Source: an uncultured Armatimonadetes bacterium (GTDB lineage Bacteria; Armatimonadota; Hebobacteria; Hebobacterales; Hebobacteraceae). Taken from it: 64,000 nucleotides of DNA. The position numbers and the translations under genes were made by a program. The notes beneath the pieces are model-generated. The model saw only the letters and a list, made by a program, of their open reading frames with translations, did no database searches and had not been told where the DNA came from. Shown here piece after piece: positions 10,395-20,839 of this stretch. Each line of letters opens with the position of its first letter. Positions within the stretch are counted from its first letter, which is position 1. Where the stretch lies: positions 1,408,001 through 1,472,000 of the forward strand of contig OY970296.1 in assembly GCA_963716175.1 (NCBI GenBank), read 5' to 3'.

Positions 10395-12249
10395 TCAGCC
10401 CTTCGCCGCCTCCAGCACTCTCTTCACTGCCCTGTTGGGGTTGGTGATCTCCTCGGCCGACTCGATGGTAATGGTCGGGATGGCGCCGTGCTCCTCGTGG
10501 ATGCGCATGCGCAGCTCTTCCTCTGGTGTGCTCCCGCTGAGGCCGGAGTAGCCGATGGTGCGGCAGAGCCTGCCGAAGAGGAAATCATTGAGCGAGCAGC
10601 CGCCCGTGCGCGCCAGGCCTTCTGTGCTCTGCTGCCAACTCTGGAAGAGATGGGCCTGGGCGAAGGAGAGGCCCTGCATGGTGATCTCGTTCAGCCCCTC
10701 GCCGCCCACCACCAGCCCCTCCCCCAGCCCCGCGACGTGATCAATCAAGCGCTTCATGCCCTCCGTGGGGGTCATCCCCTCCACCAGGCAGTTATGCAGG
10801 TTCCAGGAGCAGAGGGTCACGTCAATGAACGCGCACTCCAGCTTCAGGTCCTGGGCGGCCTGGAGGATGTTCTCGCCCAGGAGGGCGCGCCACATCGCCA
10901 GGCCGGGGTGAATCTTCACCATCAGCTTCTTGTCGCGGTGATGGAGGCGGGCCTCATTGGACTCGGGGATGCCGATGCCGCCGCCCTGGTACCAGCTCCA
11001 CCCTTGCAACCGCTTGCTCTCCAGGTCGCGGTACTGGAAATCCCTGACCTGGGCGTAGGCGGGATGGCTGGGGTCCATGTCCACGGAGTTGAAGTGCGGC
11101 ATGATGTGGAAGCCCATGGCCTGGGCCTTGGCGATGAACAGCTGGCCACTCTCGCTGGCGACATAGCTGGGGTAGTTCTCATCGTACTCGTCGCTGCGCC
11201 AGCTCGGGAAATGCAGCAGCACGCTGCGCGGATCAACCTTCCTGGCCAGCGCTTCCAACACCGCGATCTCTCCCGGGCACCAGGAGACCGCCATCTTGAT
11301 CTGATGCATCCAGTCCTTGCGCCTGCGTTTCTGGACCTGAAGCTGGTAGGCCTGCCAGAGCCAGTCCCGGTAGCGGGCCGCGGGCACTCGCCAGTCGCCC
11401 TGGTAGACATTGATGCGCCAGGCGAGGCCGCCCGCGCTCAGGTTGTCATCTGATCGGCCCGTAGGCCTCGCTGTCGAGCCCGAGGGACTGGGTATCGGCC
11501 TCGGCGCCGACCTGGAGGGCCTTGTAGCGGTAGCGATCGTCCTGGGTGTGGACCCAGCATCCGCTTCCGGGGCCCTGGAGAATGGCGAGGCCGGCCTCCC
11601 ACGAGAAGGGCCAGTCCCACCGGCTGCCCTTGATCAGGGGATCTTCGAGCTTGAGCTTGACCCCCTGGAAGAAGGGCGCGACCAGCTCGAGGTCCGGGCG
11701 CAGACCCTTGAGAGTCCAGCGGCAGGCGCGCACCCCGGGCCGGGAGGAATAGGCGGAGGGCTCGAGGATGAGGTCGCCGGTCTCGGCGTCAACGGACACC
11801 GCGATCACCCCGTCGCCCTCCCAGGCGTGGAAGATGACCTCGGCCCTTTCGCCTGAGAGCTGCCGGCAGGTGATGCGGCCGAACCGGCTCTCATCTACGG
11901 GGACGGTCTCCCCGCCGCGGTAGAGCAACTGCAAGGCCGGCCCCTGGCTGACATCGAAGGGCCGGAGGAACTCCTCACCGGTGGCGCGGCTCTTCAGGGA
12001 GGTGAGGAAGCCCTTCTCGATCACCGCGGTGAGGGTGCTGGTTTCGACGGAGATGCGCTGGTCCTGCACGCGCAGCATGGCTCGACCTCCTCGACGAGAG
12101 TAGTGCCCTCCGGTGTCGTGCCCGCCGGAAGCTCCGAGCGCGCCCGACAGGCGGGAGCCGATTCCGACGGCTGCGCCGGCCGCCGCGCCAGCGGCGGTCT
12201 TCAGGAAATCGCGTCGGGTGAGCTTGGGCCCGGCTTTCTTCCTGGGCAT
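10395..12249 (-). CDS. Tat-exported putative glycoside-hydrolase-like protein; apparent frameshift near 11450
   Basis: Twin-arginine signal LTRRDFLKTAAGAAAG; ORFs 11446-12249 and 10395-11387 are contiguous; C-half WRSDEYDENYP, GFHIMPHFN, AFIDV. Confidence 0.6.
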
Positions 12250-12425
12250 GGGCTGGCTCCAGATAAGGGTGCGGCGGTCAGTCTAGCAGAGGGCAGCGGC
12301 AGGGGCAAGAGGACCGGATCTCGGATCCGAGATTTGGGATTTGAGAGTATCGGCGACTGCTTGGGTGCGCCCCGGCAGGAGGCGTGCGGCCCGGCGCCGA
12401 AGGCATGCGCATCGGGGATCGCGCC

Positions 12426-13964
12426 ATGCCTTACCTCTCCCTCTACCGGAAATACAGGCCCCGCAGTTTCGCCGAGATTATGGGCCAGCGGCACGTTACC
12501 CAGACCCTGGCGAACGCAGTGAAGGGAGGCCGGATCGCGCACGCCTATCTCCTCTGCGGGCCGCGGGGTACCGGGAAGACGAGCACGGCGCGGGTGCTGG
12601 CGATGGCGCTGAACTGTGAGCACGGGCCCACCCCCGACCCCTGCGGGGAATGCGAGATCTGCCGGCGCATTATCGCGGGCTCGGCCCTGGATGTGATCGA
12701 GATTGACGCCGCCTCCAACCGGGGGATAGACGAGATCCGGGAGCTGCGCGAGCGGGTGGGCCTGGCGGCGGCCGACGCCCGCACCAAGGTTTACATCATT
12801 GACGAAGTCCACATGCTGACCGGCGAGGCCTTCAACGCCTTCCTCAAGACGCTCGAGGAGCCGCCGTCGCATGTGGTCTTCGTGCTGGCCACCACCGAGC
12901 CTCACCGGGTGCTGCCCACCATTCTCTCCCGGTGTCAGCGCTTTGACTTCCACCGCATTGGCGTGGCGGAGATCGCCGGTACGGTGCGGGAGATCGCCGC
13001 CAAGGAGGGGGTGGAGATCGCCGAGAAGGCGGTGGCCATGCTCGCCCACGCCGCCGATGGGTCGGCGCGAGATGCCCTCACTCTTCTGGATCAGGCGATT
13101 GCTTACGCCGAGGGTCCGATCACGCCCGAGGTGGTGACCGAAATCCTGGGTGGGATTGACTTCGACCTGGTGGCGGACTTCACCGATGTCCTGATCGGCC
13201 GGGAGGTGCGGGCGGCGTTGGCGCAGATTGACCGGATCGTGGCCGACGGCAAGGACTTGCGCCAGTTGCTGGGCAACCTGATCGGCCACTACCGGAATCT
13301 GCTGCTGCTCGCCCTGGATCGGCGCGGCGAGGAGGCGCTGGCGCTGCCGCAGGAGTCGGTGCGGCGGCTGGCCGAGCAGGCGAAGCGCCTGTCCCCCAAT
13401 GACATCATCCGCGCCCTCGACCTCCTGGCGGAGACGGATCGGGAGCTGAGGTTCAGCAGCCAGCCCCGGCTGCTGGTGGAACTGGCGGCGGTGCGAATCT
13501 GCCGGGGGCCGGCGGCCCGCGGCGCGGCGGCGGCCGCGCCCGCGGTCGCTGAGGCAGCGGTGGCGGAGGCCGCCGCGGCCCCGGCCGGGGAGGAGGAAGC
13601 GGCCCGGGAGGAAGGCGAAGGGGGGCCGGCGGGCCTGGCCGAGATCAAGCGGGGTTGGGACGATCTGCTGGCCGATCTGCGCAAGCGGAGGCAGGCCCCG
13701 CTCTCCGCGATTCTGCGAGAGGCGGCGCCGGTGGCGCTGGAGGGTGATACTCTCACTCTGGCTTTCAACCACCAGTTTCATCACGATCAGATGGCAAGAG
13801 ACGAGAAGCGCCTGCAGACCGCGGCGGAGGCGATCCTGCGGCTGTTCGGCCGGAAGGTCACGATCAAGTGCAAGCTGGCCTCGGAGGTGGGAACCGCGGC
13901 CCCTCCCCCGAAGCGAGTGCAAGATGCTCTTACCGCGTTCCCGGGCAGCGAGCTGGAGGAATAG
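12426..13964 (+). CDS. dnaX: DNA polymerase III subunit gamma/tau
   Basis: LYRKYRP, GPRGTGKT, CGECEIC, EIDAASNRG, IIDEVHML, SRCQRF. Confidence 0.97.
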   Translation: MPYLSLYRKYRPRSFAEIMGQRHVTQTLANAVKGGRIAHAYLLCGPRGTGKTSTARVLAMALNCEHGPTPDPCGECEICRRIIAGSALDVIEIDAASNRGIDEIRELRERVGLAAADARTKVYIIDEVHMLTGEAFNAFLKTLEEPPSHVVFVLATTEPHRVLPTILSRCQRFDFHRIGVAEIAGTVREIAAKEGVEIAEKAVAMLAHAADGSARDALTLLDQAIAYAEGPITPEVVTEILGGIDFDLVADFTDVLIGREVRAALAQIDRIVADGKDLRQLLGNLIGHYRNLLLLALDRRGEEALALPQESVRRLAEQAKRLSPNDIIRALDLLAETDRELRFSSQPRLLVELAAVRICRGPAARGAAAAAPAVAEAAVAEAAAAPAGEEEAAREEGEGGPAGLAEIKRGWDDLLADLRKRRQAPLSAILREAAPVALEGDTLTLAFNHQFHHDQMARDEKRLQTAAEAILRLFGRKVTIKCKLASEVGTAAPPPKRVQDALTAFPGSELEE

Positions 13965-13997
13965 CCCGGGCCTGGCCGGAGGAAAGGAGATGCGGAG

Positions 13998-14327
13998 GTG
14001 AAGATCCCGGGCGGAGGCTCGCTGCAGCGGCAGTTGATGAGGCAGATGGAGAAGTTCCAGGAGGACCTGAAGGCCACTCAAGATGAGCTGGCGAAGATGC
14101 GGATCGAGGCGAGCGCGGGCGGAGGCGCAGTGACGGCGGTAGTGACCGGCGCCGGTGAGCTGCTGGAGCTGCGCATCGCCTCGGAGGCGGTGGACCCGAA
14201 TGATGTTGGCATGCTGCAAGACCTGGTGCTGGCCGCGGTGCGAGAGGCGCTGGAAAACGCGCGGAAGACCCAGGAGGAAAGGATGGGGGCGCTGACCGGC
14301 GGCCTGGGCTTTCCCGGTTTTTTCTAG
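13998..14327 (+). CDS. ybaB: YbaB/EbfC nucleoid-associated protein
   Basis: ASAGGGAVTAVVTG, LQDLVLAAV; located between dnaX and recR. Confidence 0.93.
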   Translation: MKIPGGGSLQRQLMRQMEKFQEDLKATQDELAKMRIEASAGGGAVTAVVTGAGELLELRIASEAVDPNDVGMLQDLVLAAVREALENARKTQEERMGALTGGLGFPGFF

Positions 14328-14399
14328 CCGGGGCGAGTGCCATGCGTTACCAAGACCCCTCGCTTCGCGCGGAGTGACAGATCAGGGGCGGATGACAGA

Positions 14400-14506
14400 C
14401 TAATGAATGTCGCCCGAAGAAGTGATGGGCGACATTCATGGAAAGCCAGGAAATGCCTGAAGAAAGACGTTCGCGCAATGTTACTTCATTGCGCGAACGT
14501 CAGTAG
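14400..14506. repeat. Double-hairpin dispersed element, copy A (related to 34173-34276)
   Basis: 13-bp perfect stem 14403-14439 and 15-bp perfect stem 14466-14501; both loops contain GAAGTRA; CTA..TAG termini. Confidence 0.75.
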
Positions 14507-14529
14507 ACGCGGACCGGTTCCAACCACCT

Positions 14530-15128
14530 ATGCCTGCATATCCACAGCCGCTGGCGCGGCTCATTGAGGAGCTGGAGAAGCTGCCGGGCGTCGGGCCCAA
14601 GACGGCCCAGCGCCTGGCGTTGCATTTGCTGGAGGGCAGCCAGGAGGAGGCAGCGGCTCTGGCCGAGGCCATCCTGGAGGTGAAGGCGAGGATCCACGCC
14701 TGCCCGGTGTGCTTCAACCTCACCGATGCCGATCGCTGCGCCATCTGCTCTGACCCGCAGCGAGACCAGGGACTGCTGTGCGTGGTCTCGGACCCCAGGG
14801 ACCTGCTGGCGATGGAGCGGGGCGGCAGCTACCGGGGCCGCTATCACGTGCTGCAGGGGCAGATCTCGCCCATGGAGGGGGTAGGGCCGGAGTCGCTGCG
14901 CATCCGGGAGCTGCTGGAGCGGGTGCGGGAGGGGAAGGTGTCGGAGGTGATCTTGGCCACCAATCCCACGGCCGAGGGCGATGCTACCGCCATGTACCTC
15001 GCGGGCCTGCTGAAGCCGCTGGGGGTGAAGGTGAGCCGGATCGCGCTGGGGCTGCCGGTGGGGGGGACCTGGACTACGCCGACCAGGTGACCATCGCCCG
15101 CTCCCTGGAGGGCCGGCGGGAGATGTAG
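14530..15128 (+). CDS. recR: Recombination protein RecR; apparent frameshift in the G run near 15062
   Basis: LPGVGPKTAQRLA, CPVCFNLT..CAIC, ATNPTAEGDATA; tail GGDLDYADQVTIARSLEGRREM is in another frame. Confidence 0.95.
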
Positions 15129-15282
15129 CCATCCCCCCTTCCGCCAGGAATCCCCGCCGGGTCTGGCGAAACGTTTCGTGGTGGCAGTGCGTCTAAGCAC
15201 TCCGAAGGGGCCGAAGACCCGGCAGTCGCCGCTTCCCCTCGCGCGTTCCGCCCGTGCCGGTGCGCTCGTGGTGGAGGGTTTA

Positions 15283-16758
15283 ATGAGTAGGCGCTTCCTC
15301 TCCAAGTTAATGGCCGTGCTGGCTGTCGTCCTCGCCGGGCTGCTGTTGGGGCCGGCCGTGCCCCGCGGCTGGGCGGGCGAAGGCGCCGCCGAGAGCGGGG
15401 CTGCGGGAAGCTCGGGGGAGGCGAAGGCCGGGGAGAGCACAGAGAAGAAGGCGGAGGAGGGCAAAGACAAGGCCAAGGACAAGGAGACGGCGGCGGAGCC
15501 GGAGATCACCATCTCGCCCCGCGGGGTGACGGTGCACGCGGTCAATGTCTACGCCTGCCGGCTCTTCACCCGGCTGGCCGACCGGACGCGCCTGCAGTTG
15601 GTGGCGGACGACACCATCAAAGACCGCAAGGTGACGGTGCACCTGACCGACAAGACGCCGCAGGAGGTCATCAGCTGCATCGTCTCGGCCTACGGCCTCT
15701 CCTCCCGCGAGGTCAACGGGATCACCATGATCAGCGAGGGGATCCCGCGGAAGCCCTCCTCTTACCTGCTGAGCGACATCGAGTCCATCCCCACCCAGTA
15801 CGTGGAAGCGAACAGCGCCAAGGGGCTGCTCCCGGTCTTCCTGCAGGACCACGTGAAGGTGAACTTCGAGCAGAACGCGGTGGTGCTGTCCGCCCCCAGC
15901 GATGTGCTCAAGAAGTTCCGCCAGGACATCCGCCAGTTCGATATCCCCGCGGCGCAGATCATGCTGGAGATCCTGGTGGTGGAGTTCACGGACTTCGACT
16001 CGGCGCAGTACGACCTGGGGCTGCGCTGGCAGAACGCGGGGCGGGGTGCCGAGGTCGGCACGCTGGCGCTGCCCATGGATAACCCGAACCTGGAGGAGCG
16101 GGGGATGGGGGAGGTGGTGGTGCAGGGGGTGGCCGACCTTCCCACCCAGTTCCGCGCGCGGCTGGAGGCGCTGGTCACCGCCCGCCGTGCCCGGGTGCGG
16201 GCGGCCCCCCGCATTGCCACCCTGAGCGGGCGGTGGGCGAACTTCTTCGTGGGCATCCAGCGTTACCTGCGGGAGCCCATCGAGATGCCGCCGGAGCGAG
16301 GGCAAGGAGGAGAGCAGGACCAATGGTTCGGGGGGCCCCAGCTCAAGAACTTCATTGACGCCGGGGTGAAGCTTAATATCCAGGCCTGGACCGGGGACGG
16401 CAAGGAGATCATCTGCGACATCCACCCCGAGGTCTCCACCCTGTCCGCGCCCGACCCCATCACCGAACTGCCGGAGAAGAGCACCCGCACCGCCAACACC
16501 ATGGTGCGCGCGCGGGACGGCCAGACCATCATCGTGGGGGGCCTGCGGCAGGAGGAGCAGCACGAGGTCAGGACCAAGGTGCCCCTGCTGGGGGACCTGC
16601 CCCTGCTGGGGTCGCTGTTCCGCTCCAAGAATAGAACCCTGACCCGCACCGACCTGGTGATCTTCATCACGCCGCGGGTGCTCTCCCAGACCGCCCACTT
16701 GTCCCCCGAGGAAGAGCGCCAGCTCCGCGATCGCTTCCTGCAGGAGCCAGCGAAATGA
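15283..16758 (+). CDS. Secretin (GspD/PilQ family) paralogue 1
   Basis: Signal peptide, STN/N3-like domains, AAPRIATLSG, DGQTIIVGGL..KVPLLGDLPLLGSLFR..LVIFITP. Confidence 0.9.
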   Translation: MSRRFLSKLMAVLAVVLAGLLLGPAVPRGWAGEGAAESGAAGSSGEAKAGESTEKKAEEGKDKAKDKETAAEPEITISPRGVTVHAVNVYACRLFTRLADRTRLQLVADDTIKDRKVTVHLTDKTPQEVISCIVSAYGLSSREVNGITMISEGIPRKPSSYLLSDIESIPTQYVEANSAKGLLPVFLQDHVKVNFEQNAVVLSAPSDVLKKFRQDIRQFDIPAAQIMLEILVVEFTDFDSAQYDLGLRWQNAGRGAEVGTLALPMDNPNLEERGMGEVVVQGVADLPTQFRARLEALVTARRARVRAAPRIATLSGRWANFFVGIQRYLREPIEMPPERGQGGEQDQWFGGPQLKNFIDAGVKLNIQAWTGDGKEIICDIHPEVSTLSAPDPITELPEKSTRTANTMVRARDGQTIIVGGLRQEEQHEVRTKVPLLGDLPLLGSLFRSKNRTLTRTDLVIFITPRVLSQTAHLSPEEERQLRDRFLQEPAK

Positions 16759-18524
16759 GGCGGTGGGGTGCGGTGCCGCTGCTTGGCCTGCTGGTATGCG
16801 CCCTGGCCGGGTCGCCGGCCGCGGCGCAGCGGGGCGCGGCCTACTGCAATATCATAGAAGTCAAGTCCGAGCAGCTCAGCAACGGGGTGCGGGTGACTAT
16901 CGTGGCGGACGGGGAGCTAAACTGGGATCTGGATTCCGGGCGCCTGATGGCGGAGGGCGCGCTCGAATGCCACGAAGTCTTCGGCCCGTGGGGCAGGGGC
17001 GTGAACTGCATGCCCACGGAGCGCTTCACCCGCCTGCCGTTTCGGCTGATGAACGCTCGCTCCAAGCTGGGGTCGGCCTTCGTGGCGGTGGGCAAGTACC
17101 CGGTGAGCCACGTCGAGATCTCCATCCCGGAGTGGGCGGTGGAGGGGGTCGGCCTGGAGGTGGACGTGGTCAACTACCTGGCCTGGTTCACCGGCGAAGG
17201 AGAGCTCTTCCGGGGCCGCTACGACCTCTACTTCTACCACAGCGATGATCGCAGGCAGATCATCGTGGCCTGGGTCTCAGACCGCTTTCCTCCTCCCCCG
17301 CCCCCCACCACGCCGGCCGGTCTGCCCGCAGAGCTGGAGGTGACATCGGGGCCGGAGGGGCTGAGCGTGCGCGCGGTCAACGCCAAGCTGGCGGAGGTGG
17401 CGAACGCGATTGCGGCGCAGACCGGCTTTGCGGTGTCCACGCCGGCGGACTCGGAGCTGCGGGTGAGCCTGCGCTTGCGCGACTTGCCCGCAGCAGAGGT
17501 GATCGGGGCCATCGCCAGGGGATGCGGGCTGAGCGCGGGACAGCGGCCGGACGGGTCGTGGACCGTGGCCGCGGGCGTGGGGGCCTCCGGCGGGTACGAG
17601 GTGGCGACCACGCGCCGGGTGGAGCTGCACTATCTGCGCGCCGTGGAGGCGCTCGACCTGCTGCCCAACTTCCTGCTGCAGTACCTGCACGTGGATGGGG
17701 AGGGCAATGCGATCATCGTGACCGGGCCGCCGTGGATGTGCGAGCGGGTCGCCGCCGATCTCGGCAAGCTCGACGCGCCTCCGGCGCAGGTGGCGCTGGA
17801 GGTGACGGCGGTCGAATACAGTTCGGAGGCTGCGCTGGCGCGGTCGCTCCAGTTGGATAATCGCCTGCTGGGGAGCTTCGCCGCGTCACTCACCACCCTC
17901 ACCGGCAACCTGGGCGTCCTGGTGTTGCCAGGACTATCGCGGGAGTGGGACCTGCTGCTCAACCAGCAAGAGGTCAACTCGGCGGTGCGCGTTACCTCGC
18001 GCTCCACCGTGCGCGTGCTCAACGGGCACACCTGCCGCATCTTCGCGGGACAGCAGCGCAACATCATCATCCAGCAGATCGAGGAGGGGGTGACGGCCAA
18101 CATCCTGCCCGTTGACATCGGCACCAGCCTGCAGCTTCAGCCTCGCCTGGGCGAAGGGGATGAAGCAGTGCTGCATGTCACGGTGAAGATAAACACGCTG
18201 AAGAGCACCGATCCTGAGTCCGGGCTGCCGGTGGTCTCGCTGCGCAGCGCCGACGTGACGGCGCGGGTGAAGGATGGAGAGACCATCGCGGTGGCGGGCC
18301 TGGAGCTGGCGGAGGAGAGCCGGGAGTCGCGGCGGGTGCCGGTCCTGAGCAGCCTGCCGCTGATCGGCGGCCTGTTCCGGGCCCCCTCTCGCTCCCGATC
18401 GGAGACTCACCTGGCGGTGTTCATCACGCCCCACGTTATCCGCGGTGCCGAGGCCTCCCCGAGCTCACCGGGCCCCACCGACCGCGCGCAGTCGGCAGCG
18501 CAAGGAGGATCCGGGCATGGCTAG
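16755..18524 (+). CDS. Secretin paralogue 2 with extra N-terminal domain
   Basis: ATGA overlap with paralogue 1; DGETIAVAGL..RVPVLSSLPLIGGLFR..LAVFITP. Confidence 0.87.
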   Translation: MRRWGAVPLLGLLVCALAGSPAAAQRGAAYCNIIEVKSEQLSNGVRVTIVADGELNWDLDSGRLMAEGALECHEVFGPWGRGVNCMPTERFTRLPFRLMNARSKLGSAFVAVGKYPVSHVEISIPEWAVEGVGLEVDVVNYLAWFTGEGELFRGRYDLYFYHSDDRRQIIVAWVSDRFPPPPPPTTPAGLPAELEVTSGPEGLSVRAVNAKLAEVANAIAAQTGFAVSTPADSELRVSLRLRDLPAAEVIGAIARGCGLSAGQRPDGSWTVAAGVGASGGYEVATTRRVELHYLRAVEALDLLPNFLLQYLHVDGEGNAIIVTGPPWMCERVAADLGKLDAPPAQVALEVTAVEYSSEAALARSLQLDNRLLGSFAASLTTLTGNLGVLVLPGLSREWDLLLNQQEVNSAVRVTSRSTVRVLNGHTCRIFAGQQRNIIIQQIEEGVTANILPVDIGTSLQLQPRLGEGDEAVLHVTVKINTLKSTDPESGLPVVSLRSADVTARVKDGETIAVAGLELAEESRESRRVPVLSSLPLIGGLFRAPSRSRSETHLAVFITPHVIRGAEASPSSPGPTDRAQSAAQGGSGHG

Positions 18525-20265
18525 ATGCCTCCGCCACTTGTGGGTGATGGCGGTCCTGCTCTGGGCGGCATCGTCCGCTCACGCTCTGGTGTACTGCAAC
18601 ATCACCAGCATCGAGACCGAGCAGTTGAGCAACGGGGTGCAAGTCACGGTGAAGGCAGACGGGATTCTGCGCCGCCACTGGGGCGGCCCCTATGAGGGCG
18701 ACCACCACGGCCCGGGGGTCAGCCGGCTGGAGGTGGTGTTCGAGAACGCCCGCAACCAGACGGGCAAGAACTTCATTGACGTGAGCGAGTTCCCGGTCAG
18801 CCACATCGAGCTGTCGGTGCCCCAGGACGCGCCCGAGGGGATCGGGGTGAACATGGCCGTGGTGATGTACGAGCCCTCTCAGACCAGCATCACAGAGAGC
18901 TCGGACCGCCAGAGCGTGATCATTACCGTGAGCAGTAGCCGCACCCTGGAGCAGAGGCAGAAAGCGAAGGCCGCGAAGGCGGCGGAGCAGAAGACCGACA
19001 TCGCGGTGACGGTGGCCGGCGATCGGGTCACGGTCACCGCGGCCAAGGCTGAGCTGGCCCAGGTGCTGGGGGAGATCGCCCGGAAGACCGGGGTCAATAT
19101 CGCGGTGGATGATGCCATCCAGGCGGAGGTGAACCTGCGTCTGAGCGACCTCTCGGTGGGGGAGGTGCTGCGCGCCATCGCCAGCGCCTATGGCCTGGCC
19201 CTGAGCGAGCAGGACGGGGTCTACATGTTCAGCCGGGGCGTCCCCCAGGACCTGGCCGCCTACCGGCTGAGCGGGACGGCTTCCTTCCCGCTGCGCTACA
19301 CCACTGCCAAGGCGGCCTCGGGGCTGCTGCCGACCTTCCTCTACAGCTACCTGCACGTGAACGAGGGACAGAACGCGGTGGTGGTGACCGCGCCCCAGCA
19401 GATGCTGGACAAGATCAGCGCCGACCTGCAGGCGGTGGACATCGCGCCACCTCAGATTCTGATCGAGGCCCTCGCCTGCGAGTTCACCGACACCCGCGAC
19501 CTGGAGAAAGCGCTGCGCGCCTTCCGGGGGGACGTGAGCGGCAAGACCACGGCCTACGACATCTACGATGAGTACGGCTACTGGGCGGGCGTCGAGAACG
19601 GGCCGCCGGTGTTCTCGGGCACCCTGAACGCGGGCAGCGGAGAGATCGCCTATTCCAATATCGGGGAGCTGCCCAACGACTTCGAGGCCCGGATTCGCGC
19701 GCTGGAGACGGACCAGCGGGCGCGGGTGCGGGCGGCGCCTCGGATGGCGGTGATCAACGGGCACGCCGCGGACATCTTCATCGGGGTGCGCAAGTTCATC
19801 AAAGTGGAAGTGATCACCTATGGCCAGAAGGCGGAGAAGATCCAGGGGGTGGATGTGGGGGTGAAGCTCCGGGTGACTCCCCTCACCGGCGGCGGAGGCG
19901 AGATCACGCTGAACATTGATCCCGCCGGTACGGAGGTGAGCAACGTCTCGGAGGTTGATCCCCGCACCGGCCTGCCGGTGCTGAGCACGCGCCAGGCGGG
20001 GACGACGGTGCGGGTGAAAGACCACGAGACGGTGATGATCGGGGGGCTGATGCAGCGCCAGACCGAGGACCGGACGACCAAGATTCCGGTGCTGGGCGAC
20101 CTGCCCCTGGTGGGCGCGCTGTTCCGCAGCCACAGCCGGAGCACCGTGAACTCGGACCTGGTGGTCTTCATCACCCCGCATATCCTGACCGCGGAGGGGC
20201 GACTGCCGGGTCCGGAGGAAGACCAGATTCGGAAGCGCTTTGGGGTGCCGGGCGCGGCGCAGTGA
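18517..20265 (+). CDS. Secretin paralogue 3 with extra N-terminal domain
   Basis: RBS AAGGAGG; overlaps the stop of paralogue 2; AAPRMAVING, DHETVMIGGL..KIPVLGDLPLVGALFR..LVVFITP. Confidence 0.9.
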   Translation: MARCLRHLWVMAVLLWAASSAHALVYCNITSIETEQLSNGVQVTVKADGILRRHWGGPYEGDHHGPGVSRLEVVFENARNQTGKNFIDVSEFPVSHIELSVPQDAPEGIGVNMAVVMYEPSQTSITESSDRQSVIITVSSSRTLEQRQKAKAAKAAEQKTDIAVTVAGDRVTVTAAKAELAQVLGEIARKTGVNIAVDDAIQAEVNLRLSDLSVGEVLRAIASAYGLALSEQDGVYMFSRGVPQDLAAYRLSGTASFPLRYTTAKAASGLLPTFLYSYLHVNEGQNAVVVTAPQQMLDKISADLQAVDIAPPQILIEALACEFTDTRDLEKALRAFRGDVSGKTTAYDIYDEYGYWAGVENGPPVFSGTLNAGSGEIAYSNIGELPNDFEARIRALETDQRARVRAAPRMAVINGHAADIFIGVRKFIKVEVITYGQKAEKIQGVDVGVKLRVTPLTGGGGEITLNIDPAGTEVSNVSEVDPRTGLPVLSTRQAGTTVRVKDHETVMIGGLMQRQTEDRTTKIPVLGDLPLVGALFRSHSRSTVNSDLVVFITPHILTAEGRLPGPEEDQIRKRFGVPGAAQ

Positions 20266-20443
20266 GTGCGTCAGGCTGGGGGTGGCCCGCCCACGGTCTC
20301 GGCACTGAACTGCCGAGACACCGCACCAGCACCGCCAACGCGAAGCAGCAGGCGCGCCCGACGCCCGCTGCTTTCAGCGCTTCGAGCCAGAACCGAGGGG
20401 CCAGTGGCCTCTGGTCCTGGCATCAGGTCTCGAGGGCGCGCAG

Positions 20444-20665
20444 CTACCTGGGCTGGGCCCGCTTCGCCTGGGCCACCAGTTGCCGCACACGCTGACCACC
20501 TTTGCGCCCGATGCGCTCGTAGAACTGCGGGCCGTGGCGCTTCTTGGTGGTCTCGCCTCCCTTGCGTCCGATGGACTCGTAGAACTCGGGGCCGTGCCGA
20601 GCCTTGGTCGCGCGGCCGCCCTTGCGGCCCGCTTCGCGCACGGTCATCACGCCCTTCTCAGCCAT
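20444..20665 (-). CDS. KGG-repeat general stress protein (GsiB/Em-like)
   Basis: MTVREAGRKGG, HGPEFYESIGRKGG, HGPQFYERIGRKGG; RBS GGAGGTG. Confidence 0.9.
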   Translation of the reverse strand: MAEKGVMTVREAGRKGGRATKARHGPEFYESIGRKGGETTKKRHGPQFYERIGRKGGQRVRQLVAQAKRAQPR

Positions 20666-20775
20666 TCCTGTTCACCTCCCCCGGTCGGTGCCATACAACC
20701 CACCTATCATGGCAAGTCGGATGGGCTCACTAACAGCAATGCAAGCGGCAGACCTCCGATCCTGCCAGCACGGGG

Positions 20776-20804
20776 ATTATACCCAGTCCTAAGTAGTCAA
20801 GCAA
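20776..20804 (-). promoter_or_regulatory. sigma70-type promoter for the KGG gene
   Basis: TTGCTT-N17-TATAAT on the minus strand. Confidence 0.55.
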
Positions 20805-20839
20805 TCAACCGGCAAGGCTTTTTGCCGACCAATTGTCGC

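Noticed and set aside
12314-12348. Degenerate heptamer tandem repeat (CGGATCT/GGGATTT) upstream of dnaX
   Set aside because: Only 4-5 poorly conserved units; too weak to interpret.
12426-13964. dnaX gamma/tau programmed frameshift and an upstream SRP RNA
   Set aside because: No A-AAA-AAG or poly-A slippery tract is visible, and no SRP RNA motif was recognised upstream.
20740-20755. sigma54 promoter (GG-N10-GC) upstream of the KGG gene
   Set aside because: The -24 element AGGTCT is a poor match and a good sigma70 promoter lies just upstream.
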